Shown here: positions 26,020 to 34,397 of the stretch, piece after piece
How the letters are laid out: each line of letters starts with the position of its first letter
Position numbering within the stretch: the stretch's first letter is position 1
Source: a virus
Taxonomy: Duplodnaviria; Caudoviricetes
DNA length: 38,611 nt
IMG/VR virus record: IMGVR_UViG_3300049201_000022
Span: 1-38,611 of that record
Reading direction: 5' to 3' (one strand)
Made by a program: the position numbers and the translations under genes
Notes under the pieces: model-generated
What the model was told of the DNA's origin: nothing
The model's database searches: none
Seen by the model: only the letters and a program-made list of their open reading frames with translations

Positions 26020-26190
26020 TTATCTAAGCCACAGCTCAACGCATTGGACGAGGTTGATGGCTACCATGGCGGCCATCATCCACTGCAGGTGTTTGATGCT
26101 GCGGTGGTTCGATTCGGTGGTCGGCGGTGGGTACAACTCGCCGTGCTCAACGAGGTACTTGATACGCTGGCGGATCACTTCTTGCGGCAT
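26020..26190 (-). CDS. 56-aa protein with C-terminal hydrophobic helix, downstream of repressor (not in ORF track)
   Basis: MPQEVIRQRIKYLVEHGELYPP...WMMAAMVAINLVQCVELWLR; purine-rich RBS; ends just before terminator. Confidence 0.6.
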   Translation of the reverse strand: MPQEVIRQRIKYLVEHGELYPPPTTESNHRSIKHLQWMMAAMVAINLVQCVELWLR

Positions 26191-26204
26191 TGCTTTTCCC
26201 TTCC

Positions 26205-26663
26205 CTACTTCACGAGCCCTATCACTCGGTTAATGAACTTCTCGTCTATCCGGCCGCGCTCTTGCGCGTCCTCGTAGACCATCGCGACCAGCTCGGCAAA
26301 CTTCGCCGGCTGCATTTTGACTCTCGCTTCTTCAAGCGCTGTCGTCAGCAAGGAAATTATTCTCGCCAGGTCGGCAGTGTCCAGAACAGCAGCACGAGCG
26401 GCCGGCACCCCTGGATGGGCGGCATCAAGCCAGCCGGTTGCCAGGTCGAGCTTGGCCTCGATTTGGCGCGCGGTCTTCTCCGTGATGGGCCGGTTGCCGC
26501 TGACCATCTGCGACACGTAGGACGGCCCGGTGTAGCCGAGCTGCTTGGCCAGGTTCGTCGGCCCGTCCCACTGCGCCACCAGCGCCTTGAGATTCTTTTT
26601 CCGTACGTCGTGGATGTCGGCCACGGGGGTGTGCCTGTTGGAGTAGGTAGCGGACGTTAGCAT
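26205..26663 (-). CDS. CI-like HTH repressor lacking S24 peptidase domain
   Basis: R..NL..L...G...LA..LG...SYVSQ...R.I....AR.IE......GWLD pattern. Confidence 0.8.
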   Translation of the reverse strand: MLTSATYSNRHTPVADIHDVRKKNLKALVAQWDGPTNLAKQLGYTGPSYVSQMVSGNRPITEKTARQIEAKLDLATGWLDAAHPGVPAARAAVLDTADLARIISLLTTALEEARVKMQPAKFAELVAMVYEDAQERGRIDEKFINRVIGLVK

Positions 26664-26760
26664 GCTGCCATTGTGAAAGCAACCGCTAATGCGTGCGTGA
26701 CTTACCGCAAATCTTTTGCTAACATCCGCTAAACCAATTTAATCAGGGGGTTAGCGAAAT
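26655..26760. promoter_or_regulatory. Divergent immunity control region with several GCTAA/TTAGC sites
   Basis: AT-rich gap between divergent HTH genes; rightward TTGCTA-16-TTTAAT; leftward CACAAT 6 nt before repressor ATG. Confidence 0.65.
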
Positions 26761-27028
26761 GAAGAAAATAGAAGACCGGCGCCGGCCGCAGCCGATGGCC
26801 GACGTGTACGCGGTGCGCCGCCACAACCTGCTGCTGCTGGTGGACCAGCACCACGGCCGCAAGCAGCTCGGCGAGGCGCTGGGCTACAGCAACGGCTCGT
26901 ACATCAGCCAACTGCTCGGCACGCCGCCCAAGCGCCCGCTGACCGAGACCACCGCCCGCAACATCGAGGCCAAGCTGGGCCTGTCCAGCGGTTGGCTCGA
27001 CATGGTAAGAACCGCGCAGGGTGCGTGA
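26759..27028 (+). CDS. Cro-like HTH protein, paralogue of the repressor N-domain (alternative start 26795)
   Basis: About 35/69 identical to repressor HTH by manual alignment. Confidence 0.75.
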   Translation: MKKIEDRRRPQPMADVYAVRRHNLLLLVDQHHGRKQLGEALGYSNGSYISQLLGTPPKRPLTETTARNIEAKLGLSSGWLDMVRTAQGA

Positions 27029-27444
27029 TGGGCGCGTGCCTTGAACACCGCGGCGCGCGTCACCGTGCCGGATACGGAAAACTGTATTACGGCGGCAAGA
27101 TGCAACTGGCGCACCGCGTTGTGTACGCGCTCGTGAACAGCCTGCCGATGGCCGCTATCAGCGGGCTCGTCGTGCGGCACGACTGCGACAACCCGGCTTG
27201 CATTAACCCCGAGCACCTATCGCTCGGCACGCAGGCCGACAACATCGCCGACGCCATCGCGCGGGGCCGGGCGCGCCACCGCACGCCCGAAGGCGTGGAA
27301 CACCACGCCGCGAAGCTGACAGACGAAGTGGTGCGGGCGATCCGGCAATCCACCGAATCCGCCCGAGTCCTGGGCGAACGCTTCGGTGTGAGTAAGGCGA
27401 CGGTCAAGGATGTGCGAAAGCGCCGGACTTGGCGGCACATCTGA
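27028..27444 (+). CDS. HNH homing endonuclease with C-terminal HTH
   Basis: GYG, AHRVVY, VRHDCDNPACINPEHL..GT..DN; TGATG coupling. Confidence 0.85.
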   Translation: MGACLEHRGARHRAGYGKLYYGGKMQLAHRVVYALVNSLPMAAISGLVVRHDCDNPACINPEHLSLGTQADNIADAIARGRARHRTPEGVEHHAAKLTDEVVRAIRQSTESARVLGERFGVSKATVKDVRKRRTWRHI

Positions 27445-27492
27445 ACCGTCGGCGGGCGTTTAGCAACGTGCTGCCTGGAAATTGAGCATAGG

Positions 27493-27561
27493 AACTTAAT
27501 TTTCTTGAGGAATTAAGTTTCCGGGGTTACACTTCGCTAAAGTCCGCTAACGTGCGTTAGC
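27493..27561 (+). promoter_or_regulatory. Putative promoter of alpA-MTase-primase operon with palindromes
   Basis: TTGAGG-17-TACACT; AACTTAATT-9-AATTAAGTT; GCTAAC..GTTAGC downstream. Confidence 0.55.
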
Positions 27562-27593
27562 GCACAGACAAAAACTAGAAAGCGAGGAACCCG

Positions 27594-27791
27594 ATGGACG
27601 ACCCCATCTTCCGGCCGCGTGACGCGGCCACCTACCTGGGCATCGGTCTCACGATGCTCTACCAACTGGTGAAGGCCGACAAGCTGCCCCGCCCCATCAA
27701 GGTGGGACACCGCGCGAGCGGCTGGCGCCGTTCGGCGCTCAACGAGTACATCAACAGCCGCCAAGCCGCGACAGAAGCGGACGGTGCATGA
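27594..27791 (+). CDS. AlpA-family HTH regulator
   Basis: R..DAA.YLGIG...LY.......LPRPIK.G.RASGW. Confidence 0.8.
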   Translation: MDDPIFRPRDAATYLGIGLTMLYQLVKADKLPRPIKVGHRASGWRRSALNEYINSRQAATEADGA

Positions 27792-28444
27792 GTGCTCTTC
27801 CGAAAATCGCCCTGTTCCTGTTCGATGTGTCCGGCATCGCGGCGAAGCCGTGGCTGGACGCTGGCTATGAATGCTGGTGCGTGGACATCCAGCACCCGGT
27901 TGCGCTCGGCACGGGCGGCATCACGCGCGAGGGCAATCTCGTGAAGGTGCACGCCGACCTGACGCGGCCGTGGCTTCCGCCGTTCGACCGCAGCCGCGTG
28001 GCGTTCGTCGCGGCGTTCCCGCCGTGCGACCACCTCGCCGTGTCCGGCTCGCGCTGGTTCAAGGGCAAGGGGCTGCGCGCGCTGTCGCTGTCGGTCGCCA
28101 TGTTCGCCACGGCGGCCGAGCTGTGCGAGTGGATCGGCGCGCCGTACATCATCGAGAACCCGGTCAGCACGATTTCGTCCTACTGGCGCAAGGCCGATTA
28201 CATTTTCTCGCCTGACCAGTACACCGGCTACCACACCGACGACAACTACACGAAAACCACGTGCCTGTGGACGGGTAACGGGTTCGTGATGCCGGCGCCG
28301 CTGCGCGACGACACGCTCGGGCCGCCGGACGACCGCATCCACAAATGCCCGCCGGGGCCGGAACGCCACAACATCCGCAGCGCGTCGCCGCTGGGATTCT
28401 TCCGTGCGGTGTTCGAAGCCAACGCGGTCGAGGCGCTGGTATGA
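27788..28444 (+). CDS. Compact C5 cytosine DNA methyltransferase-like protein
   Basis: FPPC catalytic motif and IIENP; atypical motif I (FLFDVSG). Confidence 0.6.
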   Translation: MSALPKIALFLFDVSGIAAKPWLDAGYECWCVDIQHPVALGTGGITREGNLVKVHADLTRPWLPPFDRSRVAFVAAFPPCDHLAVSGSRWFKGKGLRALSLSVAMFATAAELCEWIGAPYIIENPVSTISSYWRKADYIFSPDQYTGYHTDDNYTKTTCLWTGNGFVMPAPLRDDTLGPPDDRIHKCPPGPERHNIRSASPLGFFRAVFEANAVEALV

Positions 28445-30672
28445 ACGCCCGCACCAACATCGTGTACGGCGCCACGCCCGCCGATTGGGACACGCTCACG
28501 CTGCTGGCTGGCCTCACCGCCGACCTGCTGCCGGTCGTGTCGAACCCGCACGCCACCATTTCGCCCGATTCCAAGATGAAGGACTTGGGCAAGACGCCGT
28601 CGCGGTACAACGGCAGCGGCCACGTGGCCGGCATCGCAAGCTGGACGCAGTACCAGGCCAGCGACAGCGACATCGCGCGTTGGGCCAAGCAGCCGGACTA
28701 CGGCATCTGTATTCAGACCCGTGACGTGCGCGCGCTGGACGTGGACGTACCGGACCGCGCCCTCGCCACCGCCATTTACGAATTCATCTATCGCCACCTG
28801 GACCCGTCGCATGCGTCCGTGAACCCCCCGCTGCCGATGCGCGAGCGGGCCAACAGCGGCAAGTTCCTGCTGGCCTTCCGCCTGGACGGCGAGCGCAGGA
28901 AGCGCCGCATGAAGGTCGAGGGCGGCATCATCGAGTTCCTGGGCGATGGGCAGCAGTTCATCGCCGTGGGCACGCACCCGAGCGGCGCGCGGTACGAGTG
29001 GGCCGGCGGCCTGCCCGACGACTTCCCGGTGTTGACCATCGAGCAGTTCGACGCGCTGTGGTCCGCGCTGGCCGAGCGCTTCGCCATCGAGCCGGTCGAG
29101 ACCGAGCGGCCGGTGCGCGACGTGACGGCGGCGCCCGGCGGGCTGGCCATCGACAAGCTCGGCGCGATGCTCGAGCACCTGGACCCGAACAGCGGCTATG
29201 ACGACTGGCTCAAGGCCGGCATGGCCCTGCACCACGAGACCAGCGGCGACGAGACCGGGCTGGCGCTGTGGGACGACTGGTCGAGCAAGGGCGCGGAATA
29301 CCCGGGCCACGACGCCTTGGCCGAGAAGTGGGATTCGTTCGGGCGCCACACCGGCAACCAGGTGACGGCGGGATGGCTGCAGCTCACCGCGCGCGCCGCC
29401 GGCTGGACCGAGGACGTGTCGGACGACTTCGACGTGGTCGAGGTGAAGGCCGGCAGCGGCGCCAAGACCGAGCCGCCCCCGCTGCCCAGCTTCGTGCGCA
29501 ACGACAACGGCCAAATCCTCATGACCATGGATAACCTGGTCAAAGCCATCGGCCGCTCGGACATGGTCGGCATGCGGATCGCGTACGACAACTTCCGCGA
29601 CGAGATCATGTACAGCGAGGACGACGGCGAGAACTGGCTGTCGTTCAAGGACGCCGACTACACGCGCCTGCGCATCGCGCTCGAGCGTTGCGGCTTCCAG
29701 CCGCCGAAGAAGGAGAACACGCGCGACGCCGTGCTGCTGGTGGCCGAGCAGAACGCGTTCGACTCGGCCCAGCTTTGGCTGGGCAAACTGGAATGGGATG
29801 GAGTGCCGCGCATCGAGCGCTTCATGTCCACCTATTTCAGCGCCGAGGACACGCCGTACACGCGGGCCGTGGGCCGCTATATCTGGACCGCGCTGGCCGG
29901 CCGCGTCATCGAGCCGGGTTGCAAGGCCGACATGGCCCCCATCCTCGTGGGCGCGCAGGGCTTGCGCAAATCGTCGGGCGTGGCGGCCATCGCGCCGGCC
30001 CCCGAGTTCTTCACCGAAATCAGTTTCGGCGAGAAGGAGGACGACCTGTCCAGGAAGATGCGCGGGCGCCTCGTGGCCGAGCTGGCGGAATTGAAGGGGC
30101 TGGCCTCACGCGACTCGGAATCCATCAAGGCGTGGATGACGAAGCGTTACGAGGACTGGACGCCCAAGTATCGCGAATTCAACACGGTGTTCCCGCGGCG
30201 CCTGCTGTGCTTCGGCACGACCAACAAGCAGGAATTCCTGGTCGATGAGACCGGCCATCGTCGTTATCTGCCGGTGCGGGTCGGACGCGTGGACGTGGAA
30301 GCCATCGGCCGCGACTGCGCCCAGCTATGGGCCGAGGCCCGGGACACGTTCGACCTGGTCGGCGTGGACTACCACGAGGCCGAAACCCTGGCCATTGCCG
30401 AGCACGGCGACTACGTGATGAGCGATGAATGGGAGCCGGTCATCAGATCGTGGCTCAAGCGTGAAGACGATATGACCGAGCAAAAACCTGCGGATCGCAA
30501 ATTCTTGCAGATTCATGAGGTGGCCGAGGGGGCGCTGCGGCTGGACGCAAAAAATTGCAAGCGCGTCGAGGAAATGCGAATCGGCACAGTTTTGCGCGCT
30601 TTGGGCTATACGCGCAAACAAATGCGCGTTGACGGCGCGCGGCAGTGGGTCTACGCGAAAGATGAGGACTAA
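28441..30672 (+). CDS. Primase-helicase: prim-pol, PriCT-2 and VapE/VirE ATPase
   Basis: ALDVD, GTHPSGARYEW, YDDWLKAGMALH..WDDWS, GAQGLRKS Walker A, FGTTN, DETGHRR; ATGA coupling. Confidence 0.88.
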   Translation: MNARTNIVYGATPADWDTLTLLAGLTADLLPVVSNPHATISPDSKMKDLGKTPSRYNGSGHVAGIASWTQYQASDSDIARWAKQPDYGICIQTRDVRALDVDVPDRALATAIYEFIYRHLDPSHASVNPPLPMRERANSGKFLLAFRLDGERRKRRMKVEGGIIEFLGDGQQFIAVGTHPSGARYEWAGGLPDDFPVLTIEQFDALWSALAERFAIEPVETERPVRDVTAAPGGLAIDKLGAMLEHLDPNSGYDDWLKAGMALHHETSGDETGLALWDDWSSKGAEYPGHDALAEKWDSFGRHTGNQVTAGWLQLTARAAGWTEDVSDDFDVVEVKAGSGAKTEPPPLPSFVRNDNGQILMTMDNLVKAIGRSDMVGMRIAYDNFRDEIMYSEDDGENWLSFKDADYTRLRIALERCGFQPPKKENTRDAVLLVAEQNAFDSAQLWLGKLEWDGVPRIERFMSTYFSAEDTPYTRAVGRYIWTALAGRVIEPGCKADMAPILVGAQGLRKSSGVAAIAPAPEFFTEISFGEKEDDLSRKMRGRLVAELAELKGLASRDSESIKAWMTKRYEDWTPKYREFNTVFPRRLLCFGTTNKQEFLVDETGHRRYLPVRVGRVDVEAIGRDCAQLWAEARDTFDLVGVDYHEAETLAIAEHGDYVMSDEWEPVIRSWLKREDDMTEQKPADRKFLQIHEVAEGALRLDAKNCKRVEEMRIGTVLRALGYTRKQMRVDGARQWVYAKDED

Positions 30673-30673
30673 G

Positions 30674-30856
30674 TGTCACTACCGTCACCAACGTGTCATT
30701 ACCTAGGTAGTGACACGTAAGTGCTTGATTCTAGGTCGTTATTCGGGGTGTCACTACCGTCACTACCTACTTTGTTTAAAAGTGTATTACGCGTAGTTCA
30801 GTGGCTCTAGGAGGTTTATAGAAAATCGGTAGTGACAGGTGGTGACGGTAGTGACA
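30674..30856. repeat. Iteron array (GTCACTACC, about 9 copies in both orientations), probable replication origin
   Basis: Direct at 30675, 30684, 30695, 30750, 30759; inverted at 30706, 30828, 30838, 30847; IHF consensus at 30718-30730 (-); AT-rich centre. Confidence 0.8.
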
Positions 30857-30896
30857 GTAATTTTTTGCAGATTCAGATAACGATAAGGGGTGCGCC

Positions 30897-31175
30897 ATGG
30901 GGATGGCTGAAACGGATGTGATGAAACGGCTGGTCGGGGTCAACGACGCAGGGCTGCGCGTGGGCGAGGATCACCAGCGGGCGAAGCTGACCGACGAAGA
31001 GGTGGAACGGATGCGCACGCTGCACGAGAAGGAGCACATTGGCTATGGTCGGCTGGCCCGTATGTTCGAACTCTCGAAGCGCACCGTGGCCAAGATTTGC
31101 CGATACGAGATGCGCAATCAGTCGGCAACGAGGTACAGGACGATTCGCGTGCGCCGGACCGAGACATGCGAATAA
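30897..31175 (+). CDS. HTH DNA-binding protein, candidate late activator
   Basis: GEDHQRAKLTDEEV...YGRLARMFELSKRTVAKI. Confidence 0.7.
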   Translation: MGMAETDVMKRLVGVNDAGLRVGEDHQRAKLTDEEVERMRTLHEKEHIGYGRLARMFELSKRTVAKICRYEMRNQSATRYRTIRVRRTETCE

Positions 31176-31199
31176 CGTGCAAAGTTTTGCAGATTCCTT

Positions 31200-31226
31200 A
31201 GGCCCGCCTCGTGCGGGCTTTTTGTT
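31200..31226 (+). terminator. Intrinsic terminator
   Basis: GCCCGC-ctcgt-GCGGGC then TTTTTGTT. Confidence 0.85.
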
Positions 31227-31254
31227 GTTCGCGTTCCCGGGTTCGCGGGAACCG

Positions 31255-31288
31255 GGGTGTGCATACCGCGTGCTGTGTTCGCTACCCT
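31255..31288 (+). promoter_or_regulatory. Putative late promoter (GGGTGTGCATACCG, 14 nt, TACCCT)
   Basis: Exact repeated box directly upstream of terS. Confidence 0.7.
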
Positions 31289-31298
31289 GCGCAACACC

Positions 31299-31907
31299 AT
31301 GAACCTGAAATTGACCCCTGAAAAAATGACCGCGTTCCTCGCTGCCTTGGCCGAGACTTGCCAAGTTGGCAAGGCCGCTGCCGCAGTGGGCATTTCGCGG
31401 TACACGGCCTACATCTGGCGCAAGAACGACCCCGACTTCGCAGCTCGCTGGGACGACGCCATGCGGGCGGGCCTGCTCGTGCTCGAGGACGAAATGCACC
31501 GACGCGCCATCGACGGCGTGGCCGAGCCCGTGCTACATCAGGGCCAACCCACCTACCTCACCGAGTACTACACCGACGACGAGGGGGAGAAGCGGCAGCG
31601 CGTGCGCGTGGACGAGAACGGCCAGCCCATCCCGATGACCGTGCGCAAGTACAGCGACACGTTGGCCATCTTCCTGGCCAAAGCGCACGACCCGAAGTAT
31701 CGGGACAACAGCAAGCTGGAACTGTCGGGCCACCTCGCACTCGGCACCATCAGCGACGACGACCTCGAGGCCGAGATTGCCGCGCTGGCTGGCCAGATCG
31801 GCCACAGCGCCCTTTCCGCGACCAAGTTGGACCCGACCCACACGGACGAGGCCGAAACGCCGCCAGCGGGCTATACGCAAGCCGATGACTGCGACGACCT
31901 CGTATGA
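31299..31907 (+). CDS. terS: Terminase small subunit
   Basis: FLAALAET..V..AA..VGISR.T.Y.WR..D..FA..WD; RRAIDG; KYSD.L.IFL.KA..P.KY. Confidence 0.8.
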   Translation: MNLKLTPEKMTAFLAALAETCQVGKAAAAVGISRYTAYIWRKNDPDFAARWDDAMRAGLLVLEDEMHRRAIDGVAEPVLHQGQPTYLTEYYTDDEGEKRQRVRVDENGQPIPMTVRKYSDTLAIFLAKAHDPKYRDNSKLELSGHLALGTISDDDLEAEIAALAGQIGHSALSATKLDPTHTDEAETPPAGYTQADDCDDLV

Positions 31908-33480
31908 CCGCAAAGCGCGCGAGCGGCTGCTGTTGCTGCTGCGCGAGAAGGCGCGCCGGTTGCCAATCTGGAAACCGCTGGCCGGGCCGCAGTCGCAGGC
32001 CAAGCAGTCGCGCGCTGACATCGTCGGCTACGGTGGCGCTGCGGGCGGCGGCAAGACCGACCTGGCCGCTGGCCTCATCCTGACCGAAGCCGAGCGCGCG
32101 CTGTTCATGCGCCGCGAGAAGGCGCAGACCGAGGGTGTCATCCAGCGCCTCACGGAAATCCTCGGCAGCACCGACGGCTTCAACTCGCAAAAATCCATCT
32201 GGCGAATCCCGGGCCGCGCGCTGTGCGAGTTCGGTGGCCTGGACAACCCGGGCGACGAACGCAGGTGGCAGGGCCGACCGCACGACCTCAAGGTGTACGA
32301 CGAGGTCACGGAAATGCGTGAGCAGCAGGTGCGGTTCACGATGGGATGGTGTCGAACGAATAACCCGAAGCTGCACGCCCGCGTGCTCATGACCTTCAAC
32401 CCGCCCACCACATCCGAGGGCCGGTGGGTCATCGAGTTCTTCGGTCCGTGGCTCGACAAGCAGCACCCGTTGTATCCGACGCCGCCGGGCGAGCTGCGAT
32501 ACGCGGCCATGCTGCCCGACGGCCAGGGCGGCAGCAAAGACACGTGGGTGGACAGCGACGGCGTGCCGCTCACGGGTGCGCCCTTCGTGCTGGTCGATGG
32601 CCGCGTGGTCTACGACTTCGACCCCGCCGACTACACGCCCGAGCAGATCATCGAGCCCAAGTCCAGGACGTTCATCCCCGCGCGCTTGACGGACAACCCC
32701 TACTACATGGCGAGCGGCTACATGTCCACCCTGCAATCCCTTCCCGAGCCGCTGCGCTCGCAAATGCTGTACGGCGACTTCCAGGCCGGCATCAGCGACG
32801 ACCCGTGGCAGGTCATCCCGACGGCGTGGGTCGATGCCGCCATGGCGCGCTGGAAGCCCAAGGACAAGAAGCCACGCATGGACAGCGTGGGCGTGGACGT
32901 GGCGCGCGGCGGCAAGGACAAGACCGTCATCAGCCGCCGGCACGAGGGCATGTGGTTCGATGAACTGCTCATGTACCCGGGCAAGGAAACCCCGGACGGT
33001 CCGACCACGGCCAGCCACGTCATCGCCAACAGCCGCGACCGCGCGCCGCAGCACGTGGACGTGATCGGCGTGGGCGCATCCGCTTACGACTTCCTCATCC
33101 AGGCCAACCAGCCGGCCATCGGCGTGAACGTGGCCGAGCGCGCAACGCGCAAGGACAAGTCGGGCCGGCTCGGGTTCTCGAACCTGCGCAGCCAACTGTG
33201 GTGGGAAATGCGCGAGGCGCTGGACCCGAACAACAACACGGGCATTGCGCTGCCACCCGACAAGGAACTGGCCAAGGAACTGTGCGCGCCCAAGTGGCGC
33301 CTGCAGAGCACGACCGTGTACGTCGAGTCGCGCCAGGAAATCATCGAGCGCATCGGCGTGTCGCCGGACCGCGCCACCGCCGTCATCCTCGCGAACATGG
33401 ATACGCCGACCTGGGACCGCATGCCGGGCGGGGGTGTGCATACCGCAAACGCGCGCGAATACGATCCCTACGCAAATTGA
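31885..33480 (+). CDS. terL: Terminase large subunit
   Basis: YGGAAGGGKT Walker A, VYDE Walker B, TFNP, GVDVARGG.D, SPDRA. Confidence 0.92.
   Translation: MTATTSYDRKARERLLLLLREKARRLPIWKPLAGPQSQAKQSRADIVGYGGAAGGGKTDLAAGLILTEAERALFMRREKAQTEGVIQRLTEILGSTDGFNSQKSIWRIPGRALCEFGGLDNPGDERRWQGRPHDLKVYDEVTEMREQQVRFTMGWCRTNNPKLHARVLMTFNPPTTSEGRWVIEFFGPWLDKQHPLYPTPPGELRYAAMLPDGQGGSKDTWVDSDGVPLTGAPFVLVDGRVVYDFDPADYTPEQIIEPKSRTFIPARLTDNPYYMASGYMSTLQSLPEPLRSQMLYGDFQAGISDDPWQVIPTAWVDAAMARWKPKDKKPRMDSVGVDVARGGKDKTVISRRHEGMWFDELLMYPGKETPDGPTTASHVIANSRDRAPQHVDVIGVGASAYDFLIQANQPAIGVNVAERATRKDKSGRLGFSNLRSQLWWEMREALDPNNNTGIALPPDKELAKELCAPKWRLQSTTVYVESRQEIIERIGVSPDRATAVILANMDTPTWDRMPGGGVHTANAREYDPYAN
33432..33465 (+). 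promoter_or_regulatory. Putative late promoter (GGGTGTGCATACCG, 14 nt, TACGAT) within terL 3' end
   Basis: Exact repeated box with same spacing. Confidence 0.7.
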
Positions 33481-33521
33481 GGGGCCGCGACCTGGTCCCG
33501 CCGACTTAGGACCAGACCATC

Positions 33522-33806
33522 ATGTGCGAACCGACTACCATCGCGTACGGCGTTGCCGCCCTCGCTGGCGGCTATGCCGCCGCCAAGGCGATGGCGCCGG
33601 ACATCCCGACGCCGCAAGCCACGAGCCCGACCGCGCCACCGGCCAAGCAGGCCGCGGGCAAGCAGCCCGACACCAAGGCCATGGGCGCGGCCAACGCGAA
33701 CGCATCGGGCGTGAACGCCGGCCCGGCGTCCACCTTCCTGACCGGCCCCTCGGGCATCGACCCGTCGCAGCTCACGCTGGGCCGCAATACCCTTTTGGGC
33801 CAATAA
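33522..33806 (+). CDS. Small virion protein preceding portal
   Basis: MC start, Pro/Ala-rich, ST.LTG..G...LG..TLLG C-terminus. Confidence 0.7.
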   Translation: MCEPTTIAYGVAALAGGYAAAKAMAPDIPTPQATSPTAPPAKQAAGKQPDTKAMGAANANASGVNAGPASTFLTGPSGIDPSQLTLGRNTLLGQ

Positions 33807-33809
33807 GGC

Positions 33810-34397
33810 ATGCAGATCATTGAGCGCTGGCTGGCCATCCTCGTAGGGGATAAACAATACTTCACGGGCGAACCGTGCAAGAAGGGTCATGTCGCGCCCC
33901 GCCTCGTGTCGAACTGGACGTGCATGGCTTGCCAAGTGCAAAAGGTCAAGGCGTACCAGGCCGCCAACCCGGACAAGGTGCAAACCTACGCAGACCGCAA
34001 GGAGTACATGGCGGCGTACCGCGCAAAGCATCGTGACCGCTACCAGCGGGTCATCGCTGTTTGGCGCAGCGAGAACAAGGAAGCGCACAGCGAAGTAATC
34101 CGCGCGTGGAAGCAGCGCAATAAGCATCGGTCCGCGTCCTACGAAGCGGCACGCAAAGCGGCCAAGCTGCGCGCGACACCAGTGGGCGCCGACATGGCTG
34201 CTATCCGCGAAATCTATGCGCTCGCCGAGTTCATGACGAAGACCACCGGCGAGCAGCACCACGTTGACCACATCGTCCCACTGATGGGCAAAACGGTTTG
34301 CGGCTTGCACACCGCCGTAAATCTGCGCGTGGTTACGGCCACGGAAAATCTCAAGAAGAATTGCCACACGTGGCCTGATATGTGGGAGGTCGCCTGA
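33810..34397 (+). CDS. HNH endonuclease with N-terminal Zn-binding module
   Basis: [11 protein letters not shown]...CMAC; [17 protein letters not shown]...NL......N..K. Confidence 0.82.
   Translation: MQIIERWLAILVGDKQYFTGEPCKKGHVAPRLVSNWTCMACQVQKVKAYQAANPDKVQTYADRKEYMAAYRAKHRDRYQRVIAVWRSENKEAHSEVIRAWKQRNKHRSASYEAARKAAKLRATPVGADMAAIREIYALAEFMTKTTGEQHHVDHIVPLMGKTVCGLHTAVNLRVVTATENLKKNCHTWPDMWEVA

Noticed and set aside
28345-28440. Upstream extensions of primase (and similarly terL 31777, terS 31257, exonuclease 25187)
   Set aside because: Downstream ATGs with coupling or less overlap are more plausible starts
30674-30856. CRISPR array
   Set aside because: 9-bp units in both orientations with irregular spacing and no unique spacers
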